From Candidatus Binatia bacterium (GTDB lineage: Bacteria > Desulfobacterota > Binatia > UBA12015): a stretch of DNA of 64,000 nucleotides. Shown in pieces: positions 1 through 9,830 of the stretch. The notes beneath the pieces are model-generated. The model had not been told where the DNA came from, ran no database searches, and saw nothing but the letters and a program-made list of their open reading frames with translations. The position numbers and the translations under genes were made by a program. The stretch's first letter is position 1. Each line of letters opens with the position of its first letter. The DNA lies in NCBI GenBank assembly GCA_029243485.1, contig JAQWRY010000011.1:77228-141227 (forward strand), read 5' to 3'.

Positions 1-1053
1 GCGCTGCGCGCGGTAGTGGTCGAGGAGATCGAGGACGTCGTCACAGGCGTCTCCCGCCGCCGGAACGTGATCACCGCCGGCGACCTCGCACGGACGCACC
101 CCTTGGTAGAAGTCCCAGCGCTGATCGATCTCGTCGACGAGGCTCGGCGTCTCGACGAGGCCCCCGGCCTGCTCCGAGTACCAGCGCTCGATTGGACTCC
201 CCGCCATCGGCGCGAGGGTGAGCCGCGTCTGCGGCTTGTCGTCCAGGAAATCCGCGATCCGCCAGAATTGGTACCAGGCTCCGAAACTCCCGGCCGACCC
301 CCCACTCACAACGACCTCGGCCGTGTCGAAGAACGCGGGATCGATCGTGGTCGCGGCCTGCGCGAACCACTGCATCGCTGCCGCGACGTTGTCGTCGCCC
401 GTGTGCGTCACGTGGGCGAGCAGCTGATCGACCTTAAAACTACCCTGCGAGCCACTGACTGCCGCAACCTCCAGACTGGGATAATCTGTCTCGACTTCTG
501 CAACGGTGCTACCGCCATTCAGAAGATCTTCCACTTGCGACACGAGTATATGACTCGAATCGTGTTCGGAGACGGTCGTCATGTCGTACGTCTGCACGTC
601 GGTGCGCCGCCCAACGTGCATGTCTTGGGTGCAGTACGGGAGGACGAGCCAGTGGCCCGGCCCGATGAAGGCGTTGTTGTCCGCGTGGTCCATGAAGAGC
701 CGCTCGGTCGCGGTCGTCTCGGCCGCGACGACGAGGCGCGTATCCATTCCGGCGAGGTTCCGCATCGAGGTATCGACGCTCTCGGAAGGACACGGATTCG
801 CATCCTCGAGGCATTTCGTCGAACCACCGCCTTCGAAGTAGACGGTCGCGCGCCGCTCGGCCGGATTCGGAGCCTGCGAGAAGAACACCGCGTAGGGCGA
901 GCCGTTGCCACAACTCGCTCCCGGAATCTCGACCCGTGAGAACGTGCGCCCGCCCCATCCACCCAGAGGCCAACTCGCGTCCGCGACGACCGGGATGAGG
1001 AGGATGAGGAGGAAGGCATAGGCTTGGGCCAACCGGGGAATCGGGGAGAGCAT
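1..1053 (-). CDS. Secreted pectinacetylesterase/Notum-family hydrolase; 3' end runs off the window
   Basis: Absent from ORF track (no stop in window). Manual translation from ATG 1053: signal peptide MLSPIPRLAQAYAFLLILLIPVVADA, then SCGNGSPY, YFEGGGS, PYCTQDMHVG and nucleophile motif GGSAGSFG. Confidence 0.8.
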   Translation of the reverse strand, partial: MLSPIPRLAQAYAFLLILLIPVVADASWPLGGWGGRTFSRVEIPGASCGNGSPYAVFFSQAPNPAERRATVYFEGGGSTKCLEDANPCPSESVDTSMRNLAGMDTRLVVAAETTATERLFMDHADNNAFIGPGHWLVLPYCTQDMHVGRRTDVQTYDMTTVSEHDSSHILVSQVEDLLNGGSTVAEVETDYPSLEVAAVSGSQGSFKVDQLLAHVTHTGDDNVAAAMQWFAQAATTIDPAFFDTAEVVVSGGSAGSFGAWYQFWRIADFLDDKPQTRLTLAPMAGSPIERWYSEQAGGLVETPSLVDEIDQRWDFYQGVRPCEVAGGDHVPAAGDACDDVLDLLDHYRAQR

Positions 1054-1095
1054 ACGGGTATGATGAGGTAGCACCCGTCAGGTAAAATCGCAGCG

Positions 1096-1460
1096 ATGAA
1101 GCGAGAAGAGAACGAAGCCGAAACGCGGGACGCCCTTCGCACGATGTGCCCCAAGGTTACAGGCAACCTCGCGCCCGGCGGACGTCTCGTCGCAACGATG
1201 ATCCACCCCCGCATCGCGCTGGACGTGCAGATGGGGATCGAGAAGACCGGGGGCGTCATCGAGCTCTCGGACGGCGGAGAGCGTCGCGACGGCACCGAAG
1301 TGCTCGCCACGAGGGGCGACGACACGGGAACGTACCGCGTACGGAACTTCTTCGGGACGCAGGGGACCTACGAGACCTATCTGCGGGAAGCCGGACTCTC
1401 CGAGGTAAGGTGGCACGGCCTCGCCCTGTCCGACGAGGGGCGTGAGGTGCTCGGCCACGG
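1096..1460 (+). pseudogene. C-terminal remnant of a class I SAM methyltransferase, in frame with the next gene
   Basis: LRTMCPKVTGNLAPGGRLV...TYETYLREAGLSEVRW resembles a methyltransferase C-half; no SAM-binding GxGxG motif; end approximate. Confidence 0.5.
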
Positions 1461-1599
1461 ACGAGCTCCCAGATCCGCTCCCCCCGTCGCAGTGCGCCGG
1501 ATCGACCCCCAATCAGCCGATCGGGCGGATCCGGCCACCCAGCCCGCGCGAATCCCCGGGTTTCGAGCCGCCCCGGAGGGACCTGCTAGAATCCCGCAG

Positions 1600-2379
1600 G
1601 TGTTCCGACTCCTGGCCGCCCTCAGCATCTTGATCGCCACCGCCTGCGGCGCCGGCGACGGCAACGCGGAGCCTCCGAGCGACATCCCGCGGAAGACGCT
1701 CGAGATCGTGCGATCCTACCCGCACGACCGCACGGCCTGGACGCAGGGCCTGCTCCTCGAAGACGGAGCGATGTACGAGAGCACCGGCCTCCGCGGTCGC
1801 TCGACCCTACGCGAAGTCGACCTCGTGACCGGAGGCACGAGGCGCAGCATCGATCTGCCCGCCGGCCTCTTCGCAGAAGGGCTCGCATCCGTTGGAGGGC
1901 AGTTGATCCAGCTCACGTGGACGTCGGGCGTGGCACGCGTCTACGACCGCGCAACCTTCGCGCTCGAGCGCCAGCACTCGTACGCCACGCAGGGCTGGGG
2001 TCTTTGCCACGACGGCGCGCGCCTCGTTATGAGCGACGGAACGAGCACACTCTACTTCCGCGATCCGACGACGTTCGCACGACAGGGCCAGGTCACCGTC
2101 ACGCAAGCCGGCAAGCCTCTCAAACAGCTGAACGAACTCGAGTGCGTCGGTGGGAAGGTCTACGCGAACAAGTGGATGTCGGACTGGATCTACGAGATCG
2201 ACCCACAGAACGGGAACGTCACAGCTGCGATCGATGCGTCAGGCCTTCTCACGGCGACGGAGCGAGCCGAGGCCGACGTCTTGAACGGCATCGCGTACCG
2301 TGCCTCGAGTGATACGTACTTCATCACCGGCAAGTTCTGGCCCAAGCTGTTCGAAGTACGCTTCTCAGCCGCGCGCTAG
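1600..2379 (+). CDS. Glutaminyl-peptide cyclotransferase (glutamine cyclotransferase family), lipoprotein
   Basis: YPHDRTAWTQGL, ESTG, FAEGL, LTW, GWGL, LNELE, VLNGIAY, TGKFWP; lipobox-like IATAC after GTG 1600; TGcTAGAAT just upstream. Confidence 0.9.
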   Translation: MFRLLAALSILIATACGAGDGNAEPPSDIPRKTLEIVRSYPHDRTAWTQGLLLEDGAMYESTGLRGRSTLREVDLVTGGTRRSIDLPAGLFAEGLASVGGQLIQLTWTSGVARVYDRATFALERQHSYATQGWGLCHDGARLVMSDGTSTLYFRDPTTFARQGQVTVTQAGKPLKQLNELECVGGKVYANKWMSDWIYEIDPQNGNVTAAIDASGLLTATERAEADVLNGIAYRASSDTYFITGKFWPKLFEVRFSAAR

Positions 2380-2795
2380 AAAGCGCGCGAGGAGCACGCG
2401 CCCGATTTTCCGTTCGGCTGGCAGGGTTTGTAGTCCGCCGCAGAAGTGGCCGCCCATGCCGCCATCGCTTTTCTCGGTACGTAGACCCCGGTCAGCGGGA
2501 TGAACCCGACATTCTTCTCGACGCCGGCGGTGACCACGTCGATGAACGACACGTACCGATCGAGCGTAAAGACCCCGCCCGGCGACCCCATAAAGGGCGG
2601 GAAGCGGGAGTGGAAGACATAGGGACGCGCCGTGAGATCCCCAACCGGGGGTGCGGGCGCCTCGAGCTCGAAATCCGGAACGATCGTGGGCGCGGCCGCG
2701 CCGTCTCCGCAGGAGGCGACTACACCGAGAATCACGACCAGCATGGTTCGAACGAGCGCTCGGTTCACGGTTCGTAAGCCATTGAGAAACCACAT
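2376..2795 (-). CDS. Hypothetical lipoprotein, possibly truncated
   Basis: ATG 2795; hydrophobic stretch ending VVASC; no recognised domain. Confidence 0.45.
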   Translation of the reverse strand: MWFLNGLRTVNRALVRTMLVVILGVVASCGDGAAAPTIVPDFELEAPAPPVGDLTARPYVFHSRFPPFMGSPGGVFTLDRYVSFIDVVTAGVEKNVGFIPLTGVYVPRKAMAAWAATSAADYKPCQPNGKSGACSSRAF

Positions 2796-2890
2796 GTTCT
2801 CGTCCCCCCTATGCTTCTCATCCGCTCCACCGAAGGCGGGCATTACAGGACCTCGTTGCCGAGCGGAACCGCCCGGCATACGACTGCGTC

Positions 2891-4522
2891 GTGGCAGCAT
2901 TCAGCGCATGCGAAAGATCGGGCCGGTGGCTCGCCGTCGTCGGTATTCTCGCCCTCGGGGCCTGCTCCTCGAGTGGCCAGGACGACTCGGGGGGGCCCAC
3001 CGAACCGCCGGAGGTCACCGTATCCCCGGCGCCGGCGCCCTCCCCCATCGCCACCGAAGTACCTGGGCGACCCGACGACCTGGTCCCGCCGGAGGTGTCG
3101 ACGTTCGCAGACGACTGGCCGCTGCCCGGTCGCGACTACCGAAACTCCCGCGCCACGACCAACTCCACCATCGACTCGTCGACGGTCGCGAGCCTCGGCA
3201 TCGCATGGGAGGTTCCCCTCCCGGGAAGCGGCGCGTACGGTAACGCGTCGACGACGCCGCTCGTCTTCGGCGACTCCGTCTACATTCAGGATCTCTCCAG
3301 CAACGTAACGGCGATCGTTCGGACAACAGGCGCGGTGCGTTGGAAACGCGAGTTCAACCGCTTCGTGATCGGCCCCAACGGCGTCGCGGTCGGCTGGGGG
3401 CTCTTGTACGGGGTCGAAGGCACGGACGATCTTTTCGCACTCAATCTCGTCGACGGGACGGAGGTCTGGCGCCGAAGGCTCACCCGCACGAATACCGACG
3501 GCGTCGACATTCAACCGACCGTCTTCGCACGAAAAGTGTACGCGAGTACGGTCCCGGTCAGCCTCCAGGGCATCTACGCCGGCGGCGACCGCGGAATCCT
3601 GCAGGCGAGGGACGTCGAGAGTGGCACGATCGCGTGGGAGTTCGACACGATCGCCTCGGACGACATCTGGGGCGAGCCCGACGTGAACTCCGGCGGCGGC
3701 TCGTGGTTCCCACCCGCGATCGACGTCGACTCGCGCCGGATGTTCTGGGGCGTTGCGAATCCCGCACCGTTCCCCGGCACGCCGGACTTCCCCAACGGCT
3801 CGAGCCGCCCCGGCCCCAACCTCTACACCAACTCCATCCTCACACTCAGCGCGACGAACGGCGCGATGCAGTGGTACCACCAGGTCACGCCACACGACCT
3901 CTTCGACCGAGACCTCATCCACACGCTCCTCGTCGACGTCGAAATCGACGACGAGACATCAACCTGCGTCGTAGGAACCGGCAAGGCGGGTCTCGTCCTC
4001 GGACTCGACCCCGAGACCGGCGAGGTGCTGTGGGAGACGCCGGTCGGCCGGCACGAGAACGACGATCTCCTCGAACTCGACGGGCCGACCGAGGTCTGGC
4101 CGGGAACTTACGGTGGAGTGCTCACCCCGCCCTCCGCGGCCGACGGGGTCGTCTACGTCGCGACCCTGAACGCGCCGAACCGACTCGAACCGGATCGTCC
4201 CTCCTACATCGGCTCCGAGCTGGGAACGGCGCCCGGGCAGATAATCGCGATCGGCGCCGATGACGGTCGCATTCTGTGGGACGTGGAAGTCGACGGCGAT
4301 CCCCTCGGCGGAACGACGGTCGTGAACGACCTCGTGTTCACCGCGACGTTCCAGGGCCGCATCTACGCACTCGACCGCGCAACCGGCGACGTCGTCCACA
4401 CCATCGAAGCACCCGGCGGGATCAACGGCTGGCCCGCGGTCGTCGGCGACGATCTCCTCTGGCCCGTCGGCCTGGCGAACCCGCCTCGGCTCGTCGCGTA
4501 TCGGATCGGCGCCGGCTCCTGA
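2891..4522 (+). CDS. PQQ-binding-like beta-propeller lipoprotein
   Basis: Lipobox LGAC; DWPLPGRDYRNSR, repeated G..W blades, LYTNSILTL, WYHQVTPHDLFDRD. Confidence 0.85.
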   Translation: MAAFSACERSGRWLAVVGILALGACSSSGQDDSGGPTEPPEVTVSPAPAPSPIATEVPGRPDDLVPPEVSTFADDWPLPGRDYRNSRATTNSTIDSSTVASLGIAWEVPLPGSGAYGNASTTPLVFGDSVYIQDLSSNVTAIVRTTGAVRWKREFNRFVIGPNGVAVGWGLLYGVEGTDDLFALNLVDGTEVWRRRLTRTNTDGVDIQPTVFARKVYASTVPVSLQGIYAGGDRGILQARDVESGTIAWEFDTIASDDIWGEPDVNSGGGSWFPPAIDVDSRRMFWGVANPAPFPGTPDFPNGSSRPGPNLYTNSILTLSATNGAMQWYHQVTPHDLFDRDLIHTLLVDVEIDDETSTCVVGTGKAGLVLGLDPETGEVLWETPVGRHENDDLLELDGPTEVWPGTYGGVLTPPSAADGVVYVATLNAPNRLEPDRPSYIGSELGTAPGQIIAIGADDGRILWDVEVDGDPLGGTTVVNDLVFTATFQGRIYALDRATGDVVHTIEAPGGINGWPAVVGDDLLWPVGLANPPRLVAYRIGAGS

Positions 4523-4579
4523 GACCGATCTGCTCTCGGCCTTTGCGCGCCCGGCCGCCCGTGTATAGCTTCCGCTCAG

Positions 4580-5260
4580 ATGGCCGAGCGAATCCTCGTA
4601 GTCGACGACGAGCCTGATCTTCTCGAACTCGTTCGGGTGAACCTCGCTCAAGAGGGGTTTCGAGTGGACCTCGCCAGCTCGGGTCGGGTGGCTCTCGCAG
4701 AGCTCCGCCGGGCGAAGCCCGACCTCGTCGTTCTCGACCTCATGCTGCCCGACATCTCGGGCACTGACCTCTGCCGCAGAATCCGCGCCGACCCGGACCT
4801 GTCCGAGACCCCGATCATCATCCTGACTGCGAAGGCCGACGAGGTCGACCGCGTCGTCGGCTTCGAGGTCGGCGCCGACGACTACGTGACGAAGCCATTC
4901 AGTCCCCGCGAGCTGGTCCTACGCGTGCGCGCAGTTCTGCGTCGAAAGAGCGGACCGTCGGAACCGCAGGGGTCGGTCGAAGCCGGCCCTCTGATGCTCG
5001 ACCCCAAACGCCATCGCTGCTTCGTCAGCGGTGAGGAGATCATCCTCACCGCGAAGGAATTCGATCTCCTGCACACTCTGATGCGCAACCCGGGCCGAGT
5101 CCTCACGCGGGAACACCTGCTCGATCGGGTGTGGGGCTCGGACGTCGTAGTCACGACGCGCACGATCGATACGCACCTGAAGCGGCTCCGCGAGAAGCTC
5201 GGCGCCGGTGGAGAGCTGGTCGAAACGGTCCGTGGAGTCGGGTACCGCTTCGCGGAGTGA
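4580..5260 (+). CDS. phoB: PhoB/PhoP-like OmpR-family response regulator
   Basis: VVDDE, LDLMLP, GADDYVTKPF, RTIDTHLKRLREKL, TVRGVGYRF; followed by PhoR-like kinase and phoU remnant. Confidence 0.85.
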   Translation: MAERILVVDDEPDLLELVRVNLAQEGFRVDLASSGRVALAELRRAKPDLVVLDLMLPDISGTDLCRRIRADPDLSETPIIILTAKADEVDRVVGFEVGADDYVTKPFSPRELVLRVRAVLRRKSGPSEPQGSVEAGPLMLDPKRHRCFVSGEEIILTAKEFDLLHTLMRNPGRVLTREHLLDRVWGSDVVVTTRTIDTHLKRLREKLGAGGELVETVRGVGYRFAE

Positions 5261-5278
5261 GCCCGGCGAACCCCTCCG

Positions 5279-7057
5279 ATGCCGACTCTGCAACTAAAAC
5301 TCACCGCAGCGCTCACCGCGCTCATCCTGTTCGTGAGCCTCCTCTCGGGCGTTCTTCTCGAGCGGGGCCTGCGGGAACGCGAGACCAAGCGCATCGAGCG
5401 CTCCCTCAGCGAACGCCTGGCCCTCGTCGAGCAACTGACGGGGACGACCACGTTCGGAGCCGCGCGGAGCGCGGAACTGGATGCCATCGCCGACCGCGCC
5501 GCCGCCGCGGCCGACGCCCGCGTGACGTTCATCACGCCCGAGGGCCTGGTCGTCGGCGACTCCGAGGTCGCTCTCGACCGGCTTCCCATGGTCGACAATC
5601 ACGCCGACCGGCCCGAGGTTCGCGCGGCGCTACGCGGGAAGATCGGGCAGGACGCACGCCGCAGCGGAACCATCGGGCGGCAACTCTTCTATCTCGCCGC
5701 GCCTCGTCAGCAGGGGAAGGGCGTCGTCCGGCTGGCCGTAGACATCTCCAATCTAGACGATGCAGTCTGGGATCTGCGGCGCGAGTTGATCACGGCGACG
5801 GCCGTCGGTTTGATCGCCGCGTTTGCCCTCTCGTTCGTCCTGTCGTGGTTGACGCTCCGTCCCCTCACGGAGATGCGCCGCGTGGCCGCATCCATCGCCG
5901 GCGGGGACCTGGAAACCCGTCTCCCTCTCCGCGTGAGCGACGAACTCGGTGACATTTCCGACGCCATCAATCGGATGGCCGAGCAACTCCGAACACAGCT
6001 CGACGAGACGACGGGAGAGAAGGAACGGCTCGACGCCGTCTTAAACGCGATGGTGGAGGGCGTTCTCGTCGTCGATGCCGGCGGCGAGCTTCTCCTCGCA
6101 AACGACCGACTCCGTCAGATCTTCGACGCGCGAGGGCCTCTGCGTGGGCGACCGCCACTCGAAATCGTTCGTAACGCAGACTTCGAGCAGCTCCTCGTCG
6201 ACGCGAGCGCCACCGACGATCCGGTGTCCTGCGACATCCAGGTCGGCGGACCCATCACACGCGAGTTGCGCGTTCAGGCCGTGCGGTTCCCTTCGGGTGA
6301 CGTTCCGCGCGTGGGAACAGTCGCCGTGTTCCACGACATGACGGAACTCCGTCGTCTCGAACAGATACGACAAGACTTTGTGGCGAACGCGTCGCACGAG
6401 CTTCGGACTCCGCTCGCGGCGGTCCAGGGGTTCACCGAGACGCTCCTTCGTGCCCCGCAGCTCTCGGAGGAGGACAAACACTCCTATCTCGGTATCATCG
6501 AGCGCCACGCACTGCGGCTCGGCAAGCTGGTGGACGATCTCCTCATTCTGTCTCGCGCCGAAAGCGACGCCGCGAACCTCGAATTCGTCGAGGTCGACAT
6601 CGCCTCGGTGGCCCAGGCTCTCGTGAACGACGCCAAGCGGCGCCCGGACGCAGCCGAGGTCACGCTCCGGCTGGTTGAAGGCGCCCCCGCGAAGGCGTGG
6701 GCCGAGCGCCAGAGCGTCGAGCAGGTCCTCACGAACCTCATCGACAACGCCATCAAGTACACCGAGCCCGGCGGGCGGGTAGAGGTCCGGGTAGAGCCGT
6801 CGGAAGCCTGGGTGGAGGCTCGGGTCTCCGATACCGGCCTCGGCATTCCCGAGCAGGATCTCGCCCGGATCTTCGAACGCTTCTACCGTGTCGACAAGGC
6901 CCGATCCCGCGAGATGGGCGGCACCGGGCTCGGCCTCTCGATCGTTCGGCACCTGGTGCAGCGGATGGGCGGCGACATCGCGGTCGACAGTGAGCTCGGC
7001 AAGGGATCCACGTTCTCGTTCCGGCTCCCACGAAAACCCCCGGCCGGGACCTCCTGA
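5279..7057 (+). CDS. phoR: PhoR-like sensor histidine kinase (HAMP-PAS-HisKA-HATPase)
   Basis: DNHADRPEV sensor motif, DFVANASHELRTPL, NLIDNAIKY, FERFYRVDKARSREMGGTGLGLSIV. Confidence 0.88.
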   Translation: MPTLQLKLTAALTALILFVSLLSGVLLERGLRERETKRIERSLSERLALVEQLTGTTTFGAARSAELDAIADRAAAAADARVTFITPEGLVVGDSEVALDRLPMVDNHADRPEVRAALRGKIGQDARRSGTIGRQLFYLAAPRQQGKGVVRLAVDISNLDDAVWDLRRELITATAVGLIAAFALSFVLSWLTLRPLTEMRRVAASIAGGDLETRLPLRVSDELGDISDAINRMAEQLRTQLDETTGEKERLDAVLNAMVEGVLVVDAGGELLLANDRLRQIFDARGPLRGRPPLEIVRNADFEQLLVDASATDDPVSCDIQVGGPITRELRVQAVRFPSGDVPRVGTVAVFHDMTELRRLEQIRQDFVANASHELRTPLAAVQGFTETLLRAPQLSEEDKHSYLGIIERHALRLGKLVDDLLILSRAESDAANLEFVEVDIASVAQALVNDAKRRPDAAEVTLRLVEGAPAKAWAERQSVEQVLTNLIDNAIKYTEPGGRVEVRVEPSEAWVEARVSDTGLGIPEQDLARIFERFYRVDKARSREMGGTGLGLSIVRHLVQRMGGDIAVDSELGKGSTFSFRLPRKPPAGTS

Positions 7058-7178
7058 GCGCGTAGCCGATCACGCGACAAGCATCGCCGAATCCGTGATT
7101 CTGGTCGCCGGGGCTCACAGCGTGAAGCACTCGATGACCCTACCGACGGACATGGTTCTTCGACCGCTCTTGGCGTAA
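7056..7178 (+). pseudogene. phoU: C-terminal remnant of PhoU
   Basis: ERVADHATSIAESVILVAGAHSVKH matches the PhoU C-terminal ERxxDHxxNIAE motif; no start codon; begins within the phoR stop. Confidence 0.75.
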
Positions 7179-7189
7179 GGAGGAGCACC

Positions 7190-8011
7190 ATGTCCGTCGA
7201 CGCGTACCTCGAACGAATCGCCTACACCGGCCCGACGAGCCCCACCCTGGAGACGCTCATCGGCGTTCACCGCGCCCACATGGACGCGGTGCCGTACGAG
7301 AACCTCGCGATCCATCTCGGAGGCGAGAACACCCTCGTCGAAGCCGACTTCGTCCAGAAGATCGTCACGAGGCGACGCGGTGGCTGGTGCTACGAGATGA
7401 ACGGACTGCTCACCTGGGCGCTGCGCGAGATGGGCTTCGATATCACCCGTGCGTCCGCAGCCGCCGGCCGAGCGCTGATCGGCGACGACGCGGACGACAA
7501 CCACCTGATCGCCTTCGCGGATCTCGACCGCCGGTGGGTGGTCGACGTCGGACTCGGGGACGGGCCGAGCGAACCGTTCCCTCTCGAGGAACGCAGCTGG
7601 TCGGAGGGACCACTCGAGTTCCGACTGGAGCGCCTCGACGGCCCGTGGTGGCGCTTTCACAACCACCAGACCGGCCTGGCGCTCTCGTGCGACTTCACCG
7701 AAGAGCCCCGCGAACTGCCGTCGTTCCAGAAGGTGTGCACGATGCTCCAGACCGAGGACGATTCGATCTTCCGCATCTTCGCGCTGGTGATTCGCCGCAC
7801 GCCGGGTGGATTTCGCGCCCTTCGCGACATCACGTGGATCGAAGCCGTCGACAACGAGAAGCAGGAGCACGAGATCACGTCGGTCGAGGAGTATCGAGAG
7901 CGACTGACGGGACTCATCGGCCACTCGCTGGGCGCCGATGCCGACACCCTGTGGCGCGACGCCTCCGCGCGCGCGAAGAAGCGCGCCGACGACACCGCGA
8001 AGACGAAGTGA
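7190..8011 (+). CDS. Arylamine N-acetyltransferase
   Basis: VPYENL, RRGGWCYEMN (Cys), NHL (His), VDVGLG (Asp); RBS AAGGAGG. Confidence 0.9.
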   Translation: MSVDAYLERIAYTGPTSPTLETLIGVHRAHMDAVPYENLAIHLGGENTLVEADFVQKIVTRRRGGWCYEMNGLLTWALREMGFDITRASAAAGRALIGDDADDNHLIAFADLDRRWVVDVGLGDGPSEPFPLEERSWSEGPLEFRLERLDGPWWRFHNHQTGLALSCDFTEEPRELPSFQKVCTMLQTEDDSIFRIFALVIRRTPGGFRALRDITWIEAVDNEKQEHEITSVEEYRERLTGLIGHSLGADADTLWRDASARAKKRADDTAKTK

Positions 8012-9777
8012 GCGCGCCCAGCCTCGGGGAACTCGTGGAGATGGCCGGCGCCGTCTGGCCAATTCTCCAAAACGCGATCACCTCGGGCCGACTCTTCCGG
8101 CCTCAGTGCCACCTGACCGACCCGGACCCCGACATCCTCTGCGAATGGGACGTCCGAATCCCGCTCGCCGATGGCACGCACGTCACCGCGAACGTGTTCC
8201 GTTCGAAGAGTGCGGCCGCCCGCGGCGAGAAGGTGCCGGTCGTGATGTGCGCGCATCCTTACGACAACCACTTGATTCCGGCGCTCGGGAAGACGCCCCT
8301 CGGCGGCCCCCCGCAGCAGTACCGGCTCATCCCGCAGGAAGACGCGCCCACCTTTTCGACGCTGACGAGCTGGGAGGCGCCCGATCCCAACTTTTGGGTG
8401 CGCGCGGGCTACGCCGTGGTCAACATGAACATGCCCGGCTACGCGAACAGCGGCGGCCGACCGACGCTCTTCTCGGCGTCGCAGACCGAGGCGTTCGGCG
8501 AGGCGATCGACTGGGTGGGGACTCGCGAGTGGTGCACCGGCAAGGTCGGGCTAAGCGGCGTGAGCTACCTCGCGATCAGCCAGTACGCCGTGGCCGCCGG
8601 CCAGACCTCGCGCGGCGTTCCGTCGTGTCTGCGCGCAATCAGTCCATGGGAGGGCATCTCGAACCTCTTCCAGGACATGTTCCGCGAAGGAGGGGTTGCC
8701 GAGACCGGCTTTCCCGTCTTCTGGTGGCACACCGAGGTGCGACCGACGATCAACTGCAGCGTCGAAGAGTTCGGCGCGAGCGAGGGCCACCTGCCGCAGG
8801 AAGTCGCAGAGGCCCATCCATTCTACGACGACTACTGGCGCGCGAAGGTCCCCGCCCTGGAAGCGATCGACCTCCCGATGCTGATCTGCGCGAGCTTCTC
8901 CGATCAGGGGCTGCACTCCCGCGGGAGCCTCCGCGCCTTTCGAAAGGCACGCTCGGCTCAGAAGTGGCTCTACACGCATCGCCGCCTGAAGTGGGACTCG
9001 TACTACTCAGACGAAGTTCTGGGACTTACGCGCGCCTTCTTCGATTGCTTCCTGAAGGACGACACCGAGAACGGGTTCCTCGACCAGGCGCCCGTCCGGC
9101 TCGAAATCCGCTCGTCGCGCGAGACCATCCACGAAGTTCGTGAGGAGCAAGAGTGGCCGATCGCACGCACGTCGTACCGCCGGCTCTACCTGGCAAGCGA
9201 GGAACTGACGGAGGCCGCCGTGCCGAAGGAGTCCGAGCTGATCTACGACGCTCGGACGGGCCAACTTCGCCTACGCTTCGCGTTCACCGAAGACACCGAG
9301 CTCACCGGCTACATGAAGCTCCGACTGTGGGTCGAGGCGCGCTCCGACGGGACCGAACCGACACCGGACGACATGATCCTCTTCGCGGGGGTCGAGAAAA
9401 TCGACGGCCACGGGCAGAAGGTCCGCTTCTACGGCTCTGTCGGGAACCACGCCGACATCATGACGCGGGGTCTGCTGGCCGTTTCCCGACGCAAGCTCGA
9501 CCGGGCGCAGTCGACGAGGTGGGAACCGGTCCTAAAGAACGACCAGGATGAGAAGCTCCAGGCGGGACAGATCGTATCCGTCGAGATCGCGCTGAACGCG
9601 AGCAGCACGTTCTTCGCCGCCGGCGAGGGAATCGAACTCATCGTGTCTCCCACGGAGATCGTGCCCTCGCCGCCCTTTCGCAAGGATGCGCGTACCAATC
9701 GCGGGGTCCACGTGATCTACTTGGGTGGACGGTACGACTCGCACCTGCTGATCCCGGTCGTCCCCGCGACTCATTGA
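8008..9777 (+). CDS. CocE/NonD-family serine hydrolase
   Basis: GTG 8008 overlaps NAT stop (GTGA); WEAPDP, GVSYLA, PWEG, C-terminal GRYDSHLLIPV. Confidence 0.88.
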   Translation: MSAPSLGELVEMAGAVWPILQNAITSGRLFRPQCHLTDPDPDILCEWDVRIPLADGTHVTANVFRSKSAAARGEKVPVVMCAHPYDNHLIPALGKTPLGGPPQQYRLIPQEDAPTFSTLTSWEAPDPNFWVRAGYAVVNMNMPGYANSGGRPTLFSASQTEAFGEAIDWVGTREWCTGKVGLSGVSYLAISQYAVAAGQTSRGVPSCLRAISPWEGISNLFQDMFREGGVAETGFPVFWWHTEVRPTINCSVEEFGASEGHLPQEVAEAHPFYDDYWRAKVPALEAIDLPMLICASFSDQGLHSRGSLRAFRKARSAQKWLYTHRRLKWDSYYSDEVLGLTRAFFDCFLKDDTENGFLDQAPVRLEIRSSRETIHEVREEQEWPIARTSYRRLYLASEELTEAAVPKESELIYDARTGQLRLRFAFTEDTELTGYMKLRLWVEARSDGTEPTPDDMILFAGVEKIDGHGQKVRFYGSVGNHADIMTRGLLAVSRRKLDRAQSTRWEPVLKNDQDEKLQAGQIVSVEIALNASSTFFAAGEGIELIVSPTEIVPSPPFRKDARTNRGVHVIYLGGRYDSHLLIPVVPATH

Positions 9778-9830
9778 GAGGCGAACCCCGGGTCGGCTGC
9801 GGGAGAGCCGGCCTTCGACGGGAGAGAACC

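Noticed and set aside
430..565. Diversity-generating retroelement variable region as the cause of the low-GC insert
   Set aside because: No reverse transcriptase or template repeat seen in the window
16..939. 307-aa + strand ORF
   Set aside because: Antisense shadow of the minus-strand PAE/Notum-like gene, which carries the family motifs
7387..9777. Over-extended ORF-track starts (also 21464, 23200, 55952, 61733, 11881, 13482)
   Set aside because: Extensions overlap other real genes or remnants; starts were reset using RBS, -10 boxes, overlaps and signal peptides
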